DNA of 64,000 nt from Protaetiibacter sp. (GTDB lineage: Bacteria > Actinomycetota > Actinomycetes > Actinomycetales > Microbacteriaceae). Under the pieces are notes generated by a model that saw only the letters and a program-made list of their open reading frames with translations, did not search any database and was not told where the DNA came from. Shown here one piece after another: positions 1-8,933 of this stretch. The translations under genes were made by a program, and so were the position numbers. The DNA is taken from assembly GCA_047605085.1 (NCBI GenBank), contig JASGGJ010000002.1:1689-65688 (forward strand), written 5' to 3'. The first letter of the stretch is position 1. Every line of letters begins with the position of its first letter.

Positions 1-438
1 GTACGGCGGCACCTCTGTGTAGCCGCTCGAGCGGTAGAGGGCGCCGGCGGCCTCGAGCGAGTCGTTGGTGTCGAGCACGACCTCCCTCGCACCGAGCGCG
101 ACCGCCCGGCGCTCGAGCTCGACGAGCAGCGCGCGGCCCCAGCCGCGGCCGCGGACCGCCTCGCGCAGGTAGAGGTGCTTCACCTCGGCGCGGCGCGCGT
201 CCAGCATCCGGATGCCGCCGCAGCCGACTGCGGAGCCCGCCTCATCCGCCACCAAGAAGATGCCGTCGGGTTGGGTGAACGCCGCCGGATCCGGGAACGC
301 CACCCGGTAGCTGCCCGCCGGATCGAAGCCGTGCACGCGCATCGCGAAGTACTCGGCGAGCAGCGCGTGCGCGTCCGGATCGCTGACCGAGACGACGCGG
401 AAGCGGGCCTCATGCCGGCACCGGGCGGGCGCGGTCAA
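1..438 (-). CDS. GNAT family N-acetyltransferase (runs off the window edge)
   Basis: Manual translation of the minus strand gives ...KHLYLREAVRGRGWGRALLVELERRAVALGAREVVLDTNDSLEAAGALYRSSGY (acetyl-CoA motif A and the ALY motif). TTG start at 438 inferred; not in the ORF track. Confidence 0.8.
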   Translation of the reverse strand, partial: MTAPARCRHEARFRVVSVSDPDAHALLAEYFAMRVHGFDPAGSYRVAFPDPAAFTQPDGIFLVADEAGSAVGCGGIRMLDARRAEVKHLYLREAVRGRGWGRALLVELERRAVALGAREVVLDTNDSLEAAGALYRSSGYTEVPPY

Positions 439-440
439 GG

Positions 441-1238
441 TCAGGAGCCGAGTCGCGCCGCGAACTCGGCGGCGTGCTTCCTGACCGCCTCGCCGATCTG
501 TCGCTTTCGTCCGTCACTCAGCCGGTAGTCGGGCGCGACGACCGTGAGCGCACCGACCATCGTCCCGTACGAGCGAACCGCTGCCGCGGCCGCCCAGACG
601 CCCGCGTCGACCTCGGCCGCGGACTCCGCGTATCCGGTCTGCCGGATCTCGTCGAGGTCGGCCTCGAGTCGTGCGCGAGCATCGGGCGACAACGGCGGAT
701 AGAGCTTGTCGAGATACTGCTCGCGCTTGGCCGGGCTGTCCTCGGAGAAGAGCACCTTCGCCGCCGCGCCCCCGTGGAGCGGCATGAGGTGCCCCGGCTG
801 GAAGGAGATCGAGATCGGATGGTCGCTCTCGGCGATCGCGAGGCAGACGGCGGCGTTGTTCACCCGGCGCAGGTACAGCGCGGTCTCGCCGGTCGCCTCC
901 CGCATCCGGTCGAGGATCGGCTGCGCCTCCGCGCGGTAGTCGATCGAGGTCTCTGCGGCGTGTGCCAGCCGCAGGATCTGGGGGCTCAGCACGAAGCTCC
1001 CCTTGCCGCGTTCCTCGATGAGGTTCATCTCCCGCAGTAGCGAGAGGTAGCGGTAGGCGCTCGGCACCGAGATCTCGTAGCTCTCGAGCACGTTGTCGAT
1101 CGTGAGCTCGGACCGTCCGTCCGTGAACTGCAGGAGGATCTGCAGAACCCGCCGGGCGCTGTCGACTCCCTTGGTGCGCTGAGCAACCGCGGGAGCCGAT
1201 TTGCGGTTGCGGTGTGTCGAGGCGTTCGTGTCGTCCAT
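441..1238 (-). CDS. IclR family transcriptional regulator (candidate B6-cluster repressor)
   Basis: N-terminal HTH (GVDSARRVLQIL...SAYRYLSLL) and IclR effector domain (TGETA, PLHGGAAAKV, GYAES...GVWAAAA). Start moved to the ATG at 1238. Confidence 0.9.
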   Translation of the reverse strand: MDDTNASTHRNRKSAPAVAQRTKGVDSARRVLQILLQFTDGRSELTIDNVLESYEISVPSAYRYLSLLREMNLIEERGKGSFVLSPQILRLAHAAETSIDYRAEAQPILDRMREATGETALYLRRVNNAAVCLAIAESDHPISISFQPGHLMPLHGGAAAKVLFSEDSPAKREQYLDKLYPPLSPDARARLEADLDEIRQTGYAESAAEVDAGVWAAAAAVRSYGTMVGALTVVAPDYRLSDGRKRQIGEAVRKHAAEFAARLGS

Positions 1239-1286
1239 GGTGGCTGCCTCAGAGCCTACGCCAGCGCGGGCTCCGTCACGCACGTG

Positions 1287-2447
1287 TCACGAGCGCTGCG
1301 CACTGAGCACCTCGAGCGCCGCCTCGATGCCCGCCCCGATGTCGAGCGGCATACCGAGGTCGACGAGCGTGCGACCGAGCGCCGCGAGCCCGACGACCGA
1401 ATGGAACCCGCCCGCTGTCGGGCCCATGTGCGAGAGCCGGATGAGGTTGCCCGCTCCCTGCCCGTGCGAGAGCATGACGCCGTACTTGTGCCGGGCGTGG
1501 TCGCGGACCTTCGCGTTGTCGATGTGGTCCGGCAGCCGGATGGAGGTGACGCACGACGCCATGATCTCCTCGCGCTTAGCCCAGAACTCGAGGCCCATGG
1601 CGCGTGCGCCGGCCTTCGTCAGCTCCTGCGCCGCGCGATGGCGTGCGATCACCTCGTCGACTCCTTCGGCGAGCGCCTGGTCGAGCGCGGCTTCGAGCCC
1701 ATTGACGTCCGCGACGGACGGCGTGTACGGGAACCGCCCCTCACCGAGCCATTTATCCTTGAAGTCGATGAGCGAGAGGTAGGAGTCGCGGGGTGCGCCG
1801 GGGTTGGCGTAGATGCGCTCCCATGCCTTCTGACTCACGGAGGCGATCGAGAGACCGGGCACACCTCCCAGGCATTTCTGCGGTCCCGTGACGAGGAAAT
1901 CGATACCCCACTCGTCCACGAGGGTCTCCATTCCGAGCACTCCCGACACCGAGTCGATGTAGCTCAGGATGCCGCGATCCCGGCAGAGCGGAGCGATCGT
2001 GGCGAGGTCGCTGACGGTGCCGGATGGCGTCTCGGAGGCCACGAGACAGAGCAGCTCGATCTCGGGGTGGGCGTCGAGGTACTCCGCCACGACAGCCGGG
2101 TCGACGGCGTCGTCATAGCCCACCTCGATCTCGTGGAGCACGGCGCCGAGCGAGGCGATCCAGTATCCGGTGCCCTTCCCGAAGATGCCTTGCACGAGGT
2201 TCAGCACGTGCATGCCGGGGGTGACGAGCGACCGGAGTCCCGCCTCGAGGGCGAGGATCGCCTCACCCTGCATGAGGATCACGTCGTTCTCGGTGCGGAG
2301 GATCTCGGCCGCCTTCGCCTGTGTGCGCCGGAAGGTGGCGATGAAATCGTCGTCGTAGTGGTACTGAATCGGTTTGGCGAGCCCGGCGAGGGTCGCCGCG
2401 CTCACGGTGACGGGACCGGCGGCGAGGGTGAACTCGAGATCTGCCAT
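1287..2447 (-). CDS. ppaT: Pyridoxamine--pyruvate aminotransferase (class V fold)
   Basis: Collinear with Mesorhizobium loti PPAT as recalled: TLAAGPV, GEAILALE (conserved Glu), GKGTGYW, ETPSGT, TGPQKCLG (Schiff-base Lys), FPYTPSV, HMGPTA. B6 gene context. Confidence 0.88.
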   Translation of the reverse strand: MADLEFTLAAGPVTVSAATLAGLAKPIQYHYDDDFIATFRRTQAKAAEILRTENDVILMQGEAILALEAGLRSLVTPGMHVLNLVQGIFGKGTGYWIASLGAVLHEIEVGYDDAVDPAVVAEYLDAHPEIELLCLVASETPSGTVSDLATIAPLCRDRGILSYIDSVSGVLGMETLVDEWGIDFLVTGPQKCLGGVPGLSIASVSQKAWERIYANPGAPRDSYLSLIDFKDKWLGEGRFPYTPSVADVNGLEAALDQALAEGVDEVIARHRAAQELTKAGARAMGLEFWAKREEIMASCVTSIRLPDHIDNAKVRDHARHKYGVMLSHGQGAGNLIRLSHMGPTAGGFHSVVGLAALGRTLVDLGMPLDIGAGIEAALEVLSAQRS

Positions 2448-2473
2448 GGGAGAAACCTTTCCTGTCTGGCTCG

Positions 2474-3406
2474 TCAGCGCGCGCCACGCGTATAGGGCGC
2501 CCCGAGCGCCGGGGGCACCACGGAGCTGCGCGCGAAGAGGATGAGGGTGATCATCACGACGATGTACGGGAGCATCTGGAACACGTCGGCGGGGATCGAG
2601 ACGCCGATGAGCTGCAGCGGGTTCTTGACGGCGACCGCGATGCCATACAGGAGCGAGGTGACTGCGATCCAGACCACCTTGCCACGCGAGAGCATGGTGA
2701 TGACGATCGCGAGGAAGCCGAGGCCGTTCGTCATGAACGCCGTGAAGGTGCCGGTCGTGAGGATCGCGAGGAAAGCGCCGCCGAGCCCGACGAAGGTGCC
2801 GTTCAGGAGCACCGCGATGGAGCGGGTCTTCATCACGCTGCCGCCCGCCGCGTCGAGCGACGAGGGCTTCTGGCCCGCGGCACGGGTGGCGAGCCCCCAG
2901 TTCGTCTTGGCGAACAGCAGCGCGATCGCGATCATGAGCACGATCGACGCCCAGAAGATCCCCGATTGCTGGAAGACCGCCTCGCCGACGACGGGAAGCC
3001 CGCTGAGCCCAGGGATCGCCCAGGAGTCGGGCGGGATGCTCTGCGGCTGCTTCGAGAAGGTCTGCAGGTACAGCACGCTCGTGATGCCCTCGCCGATGAG
3101 CGTGATCGCCAGTCCGATCACGATCTGGTTGAGGCCGAGCCAGATGTTGAGCACGAGGAGCAGGAGATCGGCCACGATTCCGCCGAGGGCGCCGCCCAGC
3201 ATGCCGAGCCAGACGCTCCCTGTCGCGATGGCCGTCGCGTATCCGGCGAGCGCGCCGACCAGCATGACGCCTTCGATGCCGAGGTTGAGCACGCCGGCCT
3301 GCTCGCCGATCGTCTCGCCGATGCTCGCGAGGATGAGCGGCGTGGTCTGCAGGATGATCGTGGCGATGAACACCGTGATGACTCCGGCGGAGAGCAGATC
3401 CGTCAT
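2474..3406 (-). CDS. ABC transporter permease (nucleoside/BMP-type, BPD_transp_2)
   Basis: EQAGVLNLGIEG motif and hydrophobic helices. Real start MTDLLS at 3406 overlaps the upstream stop. Confidence 0.9.
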   Translation of the reverse strand: MTDLLSAGVITVFIATIILQTTPLILASIGETIGEQAGVLNLGIEGVMLVGALAGYATAIATGSVWLGMLGGALGGIVADLLLLVLNIWLGLNQIVIGLAITLIGEGITSVLYLQTFSKQPQSIPPDSWAIPGLSGLPVVGEAVFQQSGIFWASIVLMIAIALLFAKTNWGLATRAAGQKPSSLDAAGGSVMKTRSIAVLLNGTFVGLGGAFLAILTTGTFTAFMTNGLGFLAIVITMLSRGKVVWIAVTSLLYGIAVAVKNPLQLIGVSIPADVFQMLPYIVVMITLILFARSSVVPPALGAPYTRGAR

Positions 3407-4527
3407 GCGTTCGCCTTCTTTCGCGCGGGGCCGCGACCGGGGATGAGGGAGAGGACGGTCTGCTTCATCCCGGGCGGCAGGTAACTCTGACCCAGGCGCC
3501 GCTTCTCGCCGACGAACTCGGTGATCGTCATGAAGACGAGGATGAGGCCGACCACCACGAGCAGGAAGTCGGAGTTCAGCCCCGTGTTCTGGGCAGCCAG
3601 GATGCCTCCCGTGGCGAAGAACGAGTAGAAGAGGATGAGGGGCAGCGCGGCGAGCGGGTTCAGCCGTGCGAGGAACACGAACGGCATCACCTCGTCGCCG
3701 TAGCCCGGACTCCAGTTGGCGCGCTGGTAGGTGTAGTGCCCGAGCACGTCGATCGAGCCGGCGAGCGCGATGAGCGCTCCCGAGATCGAGAACAGCAGGA
3801 CGACCATCCAGCTGCGGCTGATGCCGACGTGCTGCGCGGCCTTCGGGCTCGACCCGAACACGTCGAGCCGGATGCCGAAGGAGGTGCGGCTCAGCACGAA
3901 CTGGGCCGCGATCGCGAGCACGATCGCGATGATGAAACCGATGTGCACCTTGGTGTCGCCGAGGAACGGCAGCAGCACCTCGCCGTCGATGACGGAGGTC
4001 TGCGGGGCGGGTACGTCGGGATCCCGGAAAGGTCCCTTGATGAGCAGGTTGACAATGCCGGCGGCGATGAACGACATCACGAGCGAGGTGATGATCTCGT
4101 TGGTGCCGAAGCGGGCCTTGAGGATCGCGGGGACGAGCGACCAGATCGCTCCGACGACGACCGCTCCGATCATGACGACGACGGCGACGAGCCATCCGGG
4201 CAGCGCCGGGTACAGCATCGGGGCGAAACCCGATGCGACGACCGAGCCGAGCAGATAGGTGCCGTTGTAGCCGAGGTTCCAGAGCTGGCCGCGAAAGGCG
4301 AAGATGAGGCCGATCGCGATGATGAGCAGGGGGGCCATCAGCACGAGGCCGTCCTGCCAGTTGGTGCCCGTGACCCCGTATCTCCACACCCCCGCGAAGA
4401 ACTCGAACGGGTCCTTGCCCATGGCCGCGACGACGATCCCGGCCGTGATGAGCGCGAGGAGGACCGGAAGGGCCGCCCGGACGATCGCGTCGATCGCGCG
4501 CCGCCAGCTCGCCCGTTCCTCGATCAT
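3403..4527 (-). CDS. ABC transporter permease (nucleoside/BMP-type)
   Basis: FRGQLWNLG, KARFGTNEIITSL and RTSFG motifs; many transmembrane segments. Confidence 0.9.
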   Translation of the reverse strand: MIEERASWRRAIDAIVRAALPVLLALITAGIVVAAMGKDPFEFFAGVWRYGVTGTNWQDGLVLMAPLLIIAIGLIFAFRGQLWNLGYNGTYLLGSVVASGFAPMLYPALPGWLVAVVVMIGAVVVGAIWSLVPAILKARFGTNEIITSLVMSFIAAGIVNLLIKGPFRDPDVPAPQTSVIDGEVLLPFLGDTKVHIGFIIAIVLAIAAQFVLSRTSFGIRLDVFGSSPKAAQHVGISRSWMVVLLFSISGALIALAGSIDVLGHYTYQRANWSPGYGDEVMPFVFLARLNPLAALPLILFYSFFATGGILAAQNTGLNSDFLLVVVGLILVFMTITEFVGEKRRLGQSYLPPGMKQTVLSLIPGRGPARKKANA

Positions 4528-6122
4528 GCCGCCGCCCCTTCGATCGCGCCGGTCATGTACTGCCCGACCCGTTCCGCGGTGCCGACCCCGTCGTTCGGTA
4601 CGACGCCGACGATCTCGCCGCTCGAGATCACCGCGATCCGATGGGAGAGCTCGACCAGTTCGTCGAGGTCGGTCGAGAGCAGGAGCACTGCGCCTCCCTC
4701 GGCGGCGAACTCGCGGAGGATCTCGCGCACCCGCTGTACCGTCTTGAGGTCGAGACCGTAGCCCGGCTTGTTGACCACGACCAGCCGCGCGCCGCCGGAC
4801 AACTCGCGAGCGAGCAGGATCTTCTGGATGTTGCCGCCGGACAGCGTTCCCGCTCGGGTCGCGGGGGAGGGGGTCTTGATCGCGTACTCGTCGATGAGAC
4901 GCACGGCCTCCTGGTTCACGGCTTTGCGATCGAGTTGCCCGAGACGCCAGAACGGTCGCTGCCCGATGCGCTTCAGAACGAGGTTGATCGCGACCGACAT
5001 GCTGCCGACCGTGCCTTCGTGGAGCCGGTCGTCGGTGACGTAGCGCAGTCCGAGCTGCTGACGTCCGCGGACGCCGTGCCTCGTGATGTCCTTGCCGTCG
5101 AGTCGGATCGCACCCTCGGCTGCAGGGCGCTGGCCAGCGACCACTTCGGCGAGGGCACTCTGCCCGTGTCCGTCGATTCCCGCGACGCCGAGGATCTCGC
5201 CGGCGCGGACCGAGAGCGTGATGCGGCGGGCATCGACGTCGCCGCCGCGTCCGCGCGTCGAGACGTCGAGCAGTTCGAGGCGGTTCGAGGCCATGCTCGG
5301 GTCGAGGTCGTCGGTCTCCCGTCGAGCCTCGGTCGCGCCGGCGAGTTCTGCCGCATCGGAACCTGCCGTCGAGAGGTCCTCGCCGAACATCGCCGACAGG
5401 ATCGCGCTCTGCGCCCGCGTCTCGTCGTAGGAGGTGAGCTCGTCGACCGAGATGAAGCCCGCGTTCTTTCCGCCGCGGAGCACGGTGACACAGTCCCCCA
5501 TTTGATAGGCCTCGCGGAGCTTATGGGTGACGAACACCACGGCGAGCCCCTGCGCCTTGATCTGCTGCACGGATTCGGCGAGGTGCTCGATCGCCTGCGG
5601 GGTGAGCATCGAGGTGGGCTCGTCGAGCACGAGCAGGCGAGACCCCTTCCACATGGCCTTCGCGATCTCGACCTGCTGCTGCTGTCCGAGTCCGAGGTCG
5701 CCGGCGCGGGCATTCGGGTCGATGCGCGCCCCGAGCAACGAGGAGAGCTCATCGAGTCTGCTTCGTGCGCGCTTCTCGCCGAGCAGGAAGTCGGTCTCGC
5801 CGAGCATGAGGTTCTCGAGCACCGTGAACGCCGGGACCAGCGTGGAGTGCTGGTGCACGACCCCGATCCCGAGATCGACCGCTGCCTTCGGGGAGTTGAT
5901 CTGGGTCGCGATGCCGTCGACCTCTATGGTGCCGGAATCGGGCTGCTGCATGCCGGCGAGGATGCTGATGAGCGTCGACTTGCCGGCACCGTTCTCTCCG
6001 AGCAGGCAGTGCACCTGACCGCTCACGATGTCGAGCGAGATGCGGTCGTTGGCGACGACGCCAGGGAAGGCTTTGGTGATCTCGCGAAGCGAGACGACAC
6101 CGGTCGGGGATGGCGCGCTCAA
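4524..6122 (-). CDS. ABC transporter ATP-binding protein (two-domain, CUT2/nucleoside type)
   Basis: Walker A GENGAGKS, LDEPT, second-domain LSGGNIQK. Confidence 0.93.
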   Translation of the reverse strand: MSAPSPTGVVSLREITKAFPGVVANDRISLDIVSGQVHCLLGENGAGKSTLISILAGMQQPDSGTIEVDGIATQINSPKAAVDLGIGVVHQHSTLVPAFTVLENLMLGETDFLLGEKRARSRLDELSSLLGARIDPNARAGDLGLGQQQQVEIAKAMWKGSRLLVLDEPTSMLTPQAIEHLAESVQQIKAQGLAVVFVTHKLREAYQMGDCVTVLRGGKNAGFISVDELTSYDETRAQSAILSAMFGEDLSTAGSDAAELAGATEARRETDDLDPSMASNRLELLDVSTRGRGGDVDARRITLSVRAGEILGVAGIDGHGQSALAEVVAGQRPAAEGAIRLDGKDITRHGVRGRQQLGLRYVTDDRLHEGTVGSMSVAINLVLKRIGQRPFWRLGQLDRKAVNQEAVRLIDEYAIKTPSPATRAGTLSGGNIQKILLARELSGGARLVVVNKPGYGLDLKTVQRVREILREFAAEGGAVLLLSTDLDELVELSHRIAVISSGEIVGVVPNDGVGTAERVGQYMTGAIEGAAA

Positions 6123-6206
6123 CTCTGGTTCCTGTTCTGCCGCGGTCGTCCGGGGAGGGGCTGGTCCGGCGCCCAGAAGGCGCCGGACCAGCCCGGATGC
6201 TGTCGC

Positions 6207-7295
6207 CTACTTCGCCGCGATGATCGCCTTGACGTCGTCCGAGCTCGCCGCGCCGTCCGGGGTGATGCTTCCCGAGTCGATGGCATCGGTCGCGGTCGCG
6301 ACCGCGGACATGATCTCGTCTGTCATGTTGTCCGTGTCGAGCAGGTAGAGACCGCCGTTGCCGACCGTGAGCTCATAGTTCTTCGTGCCGAACGTCCCTG
6401 CCTCGAAGTCCTGGATCGCCTGCACGTAGGTGTCGGTGTAGTCCCACACGATCGTCGTGAGCAGCTGGCTCTGGTCGGTGAGCGCAGAGCTCACGTCGCC
6501 GAGGTCGGCGATGTACTTGACGCCCGGGTTCTCGTTGATCGACTGGATGTAACCGAGGGTCGCGCCATCACCCATGCCGAAGACGACGTCCGCTCCGCCC
6601 GCGATCACGGTGTCGACCGCCGCCTTGCCGCCCGCGGAGTCGGCGTAGCCGTCGGCGCTGATCTGACCGAAGAGCACGGTGATGCTCGAGTCGACCGAGT
6701 AGACGCCCTCGACGAAACCGGCCGCCATGTCGAGCCAGTTCACGTCGTCCGCCGAGATGACGACAGCGACGGTCTTGCTGGTCGTCGCCATCGCGGCCGC
6801 GATGCCCGCGATGTAGCCGCCCTGCTCGGCCTGCACGAGCGCCTCCGCGATCTCGCCGGGGACGGGATCGATTCCGGAGTCCTGGATGAGGATCGGCACG
6901 CCTGTCTGCGCGGCGACCGTCTGTGCGGCGACGCCGTAGCCCGAGGCGTGCGCGATGACGAAGTCGGCGCCGTCGTCCTGGATCACCTGGTTGAGCACGG
7001 TCTCGGTGTTGTCCCAGCCCGCGTCGGGCACGGCGACGTACTCGATGCCCAGCTGGTCGGCGGCGGCCTCCGAGTTGGCGAGGCCGATCTGGTTCCATCC
7101 GAGATCGGTCTCGTTCTCGGGGCCGACCCACGCGAGCTTGGTGACGGTGCCGCTGGCGACCGTCTCGTCGTCGGATGCCGTGTCTCCACGCGACGAACAC
7201 GCCGCGAGGCTCAATGCGAGCGCGGAGACGACGATGAGCGCTCCGGCGCTGGTGACCGTGCGGCCTGCACGACCGCCTCTGATTGCCTTGTTCAT
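6207..7295 (-). CDS. BMP-family ABC substrate-binding lipoprotein
   Basis: Lipobox LAAC; DLGWN, GYIAGIAAA and GADVVF segments typical of PnrA/BMP proteins. ATG at 7295 follows a GAGG RBS. Confidence 0.85.
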   Translation of the reverse strand: MNKAIRGGRAGRTVTSAGALIVVSALALSLAACSSRGDTASDDETVASGTVTKLAWVGPENETDLGWNQIGLANSEAAADQLGIEYVAVPDAGWDNTETVLNQVIQDDGADFVIAHASGYGVAAQTVAAQTGVPILIQDSGIDPVPGEIAEALVQAEQGGYIAGIAAAMATTSKTVAVVISADDVNWLDMAAGFVEGVYSVDSSITVLFGQISADGYADSAGGKAAVDTVIAGGADVVFGMGDGATLGYIQSINENPGVKYIADLGDVSSALTDQSQLLTTIVWDYTDTYVQAIQDFEAGTFGTKNYELTVGNGGLYLLDTDNMTDEIMSAVATATDAIDSGSITPDGAASSDDVKAIIAAK

Positions 7296-7352
7296 TGCCG
7301 AGGTTTCCTCTCCTGGTGGGCGTCGTCCTGGATCCATCCGGCGCTCGTTGTG

Positions 7353-7407
7353 TTCTCACAATGTGCGACGATGTTGTGACGATATGAGAATTACGGTGAA
7401 CGGTCAA
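7353..7407 (-). promoter_or_regulatory. SigA-type promoter P1 with tandem 17-bp operator
   Basis: Minus strand TTGACC(7407-7402)-17 nt-TATCGT(7384-7379). Boxes ttctcacaatgtgcgac (7353-7369) and ttgtgacgatatgagaa (7374-7390). Confidence 0.7.
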
Positions 7408-7422
7408 CGGGTCGCCCGAGGT

Positions 7423-7458
7423 TTTACAGAGCGGAAACAGGCGTTACCTCCCGGTAAC
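7423..7458. promoter_or_regulatory. Two GlnR-like boxes
   Basis: TTTAC-N6-GAAAC (7423-7438) and GTTAC-N6-GTAAC (7443-7458) match the actinobacterial gTnAc-n6-GaAAc / AC-n9-AC pattern. Confidence 0.55.
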
Positions 7459-7502
7459 ACTCGTGCCGCACGATGGCGGGGTCCCCGGGAAGGGAGGACT
7501 CG

Positions 7503-7988
7503 GTGGCCGTGATCCGGATGCTGCGACCCTGCCTGCTCCTTGCGGCGGTGGTCGCTCTGGCCGGATGCACGGCGGCTCCGGTCGCGACGAGTTCGCCATC
7601 CGTGCCGGGTTCCGAGGCGACGGCGGCCACGCCGACCCCGCGTCCGACCGATCTCGCGCAACGCGACATCGACGCTCTGACCGTGCTCGCCGAGGTGGCC
7701 CCTCGGACGTCCACGATCGATCCGGAGCTCGCCGACTGGACGGAATGCTGGCTCCCGAGCGACCACCTCATTGCCGCGGACCAGGTGGGGAACAGCACGA
7801 GCTGGAAGGTGCTGTGCCGCATTCACTGGCACGAGGCTGACGGCACCGCTCGATACCAGGACACGACATGCATCGGGAACTTCGTCGAGCAGCCCATGCT
7901 CGACCATTGCTATCGCTGGGTGCACTACGACTTCGAACCGCGCTTCGAGGACTACCCTGGCGTGACCGCGGGCGTGTTCGAGAGCTGA
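7503..7988 (+). CDS. Hypothetical lipoprotein
   Basis: GGGAGG RBS before GTG 7503; signal peptide with ALAGC lipobox, Pro/Thr linker, four further Cys. Confidence 0.7.
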   Translation: MAVIRMLRPCLLLAAVVALAGCTAAPVATSSPSVPGSEATAATPTPRPTDLAQRDIDALTVLAEVAPRTSTIDPELADWTECWLPSDHLIAADQVGNSTSWKVLCRIHWHEADGTARYQDTTCIGNFVEQPMLDHCYRWVHYDFEPRFEDYPGVTAGVFES

Positions 7989-8024
7989 ATCCTTGCGGGC
8001 CGTAGACCGGGAGACGGGCGTCGT

Positions 8025-8111
8025 GTTTCCTGCTGGTTAACAGTCCCGTTCGGGCATTGCCGGTGCCCGACAATTCTCATAATCTGATTCCAGGCAACGA
8101 CATAGTGAGAA
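8025..8111 (+). promoter_or_regulatory. SigA-type promoter P2 with GlnR-like box and tandem operator
   Basis: gtttc-N6-gttaa (8025-8040); TTGCCG(8057)-17 nt-TAATCT(8080); boxes ttctcataatctgattc (8074-8090) and caacgacatagtgagaa (8095-8111). Confidence 0.7.
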
Positions 8112-8125
8112 ATGGAGCTAGGCGA

Positions 8126-8884
8126 ATGACGGATCCGAAGGTGTATCTGCTCGACGGCGGCACGCTCGTCATCGACGAGTCCGACGTCCACTGGCACATC
8201 AACACCGGCAACCCGGTGCGCTTCCCCGTCTACTCTGTCCTCGTCGAGCATCCGGACGCGCTCATCTTGTACGACACCGGCTACGATCTCGAGCACGTCA
8301 AGAAGGTGCTTCCGTTCGAGCTCCCGGAGCAGACCGAGGAGCAGACGATTCCCGCGCAGCTGGCCAAGATCGGCTACACGCCGGAAGATGTCGACATCGT
8401 CGTCAACTCGCACTTCCACTTCGATCACGTCGGCGGGAACAAGTACCTCACCAAAGCAACCCACCTGATCCACAAGCTCGAACTGCGGCAGGCGAAGTAC
8501 CCGGAGCCGTTCGAGCGGCTCGGCTACTCCGACATGTCGTTCGACTTCCCCGGCGTGACGTACAAGCCGATCTCCGGCGACTACGAGATCGTGCCGGGAG
8601 TGACCCTCTTCGAGACCCCCGGGCACACCGCGGGGCACTACTCGATGCTCGTCGAGCTCGAGCACGACCGGAACATGCTGTTCTGCGGCGACGCCGCCTA
8701 TACCCGCACCACCCTCGAGAAGGAGTGGATCGCGGGCTTCCACCTCGACCCGGCGAAGTCGGTCGAGGCGATCCGTCGCCTCAACTACCTCGGCCGGATC
8801 AAGGACGCCGACATCTACCCCTCCCACGAACTCGAGCCGTACCTCACCTGGCGGCTCGCACCGGAGTACTACGGCGGCGAGTGA
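8126..8884 (+). CDS. 4-pyridoxolactonase (metallo-beta-lactamase fold)
   Basis: KVYLLDGG, VRFPVYS, DTGYD..HV.KVLPFE, SHFHFDH metal motif, PFERLGYSD and TPGHTAGHYS match M. loti Mlr6805 as recalled. Confidence 0.88.
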   Translation: MTDPKVYLLDGGTLVIDESDVHWHINTGNPVRFPVYSVLVEHPDALILYDTGYDLEHVKKVLPFELPEQTEEQTIPAQLAKIGYTPEDVDIVVNSHFHFDHVGGNKYLTKATHLIHKLELRQAKYPEPFERLGYSDMSFDFPGVTYKPISGDYEIVPGVTLFETPGHTAGHYSMLVELEHDRNMLFCGDAAYTRTTLEKEWIAGFHLDPAKSVEAIRRLNYLGRIKDADIYPSHELEPYLTWRLAPEYYGGE

Positions 8885-8933
8885 CCGCCGCGATCCGCGC
8901 ACCCGACAACGACAACGAAGGAATCCAGAAGAC

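Noticed and set aside
8126-8884. Quorum-quenching AHL lactonase
   Set aside because: Same fold and HxHxDH motif, but the specific segments and the neighbouring pyridoxal dehydrogenase and pyridoxine oxidase indicate 4-pyridoxolactonase.
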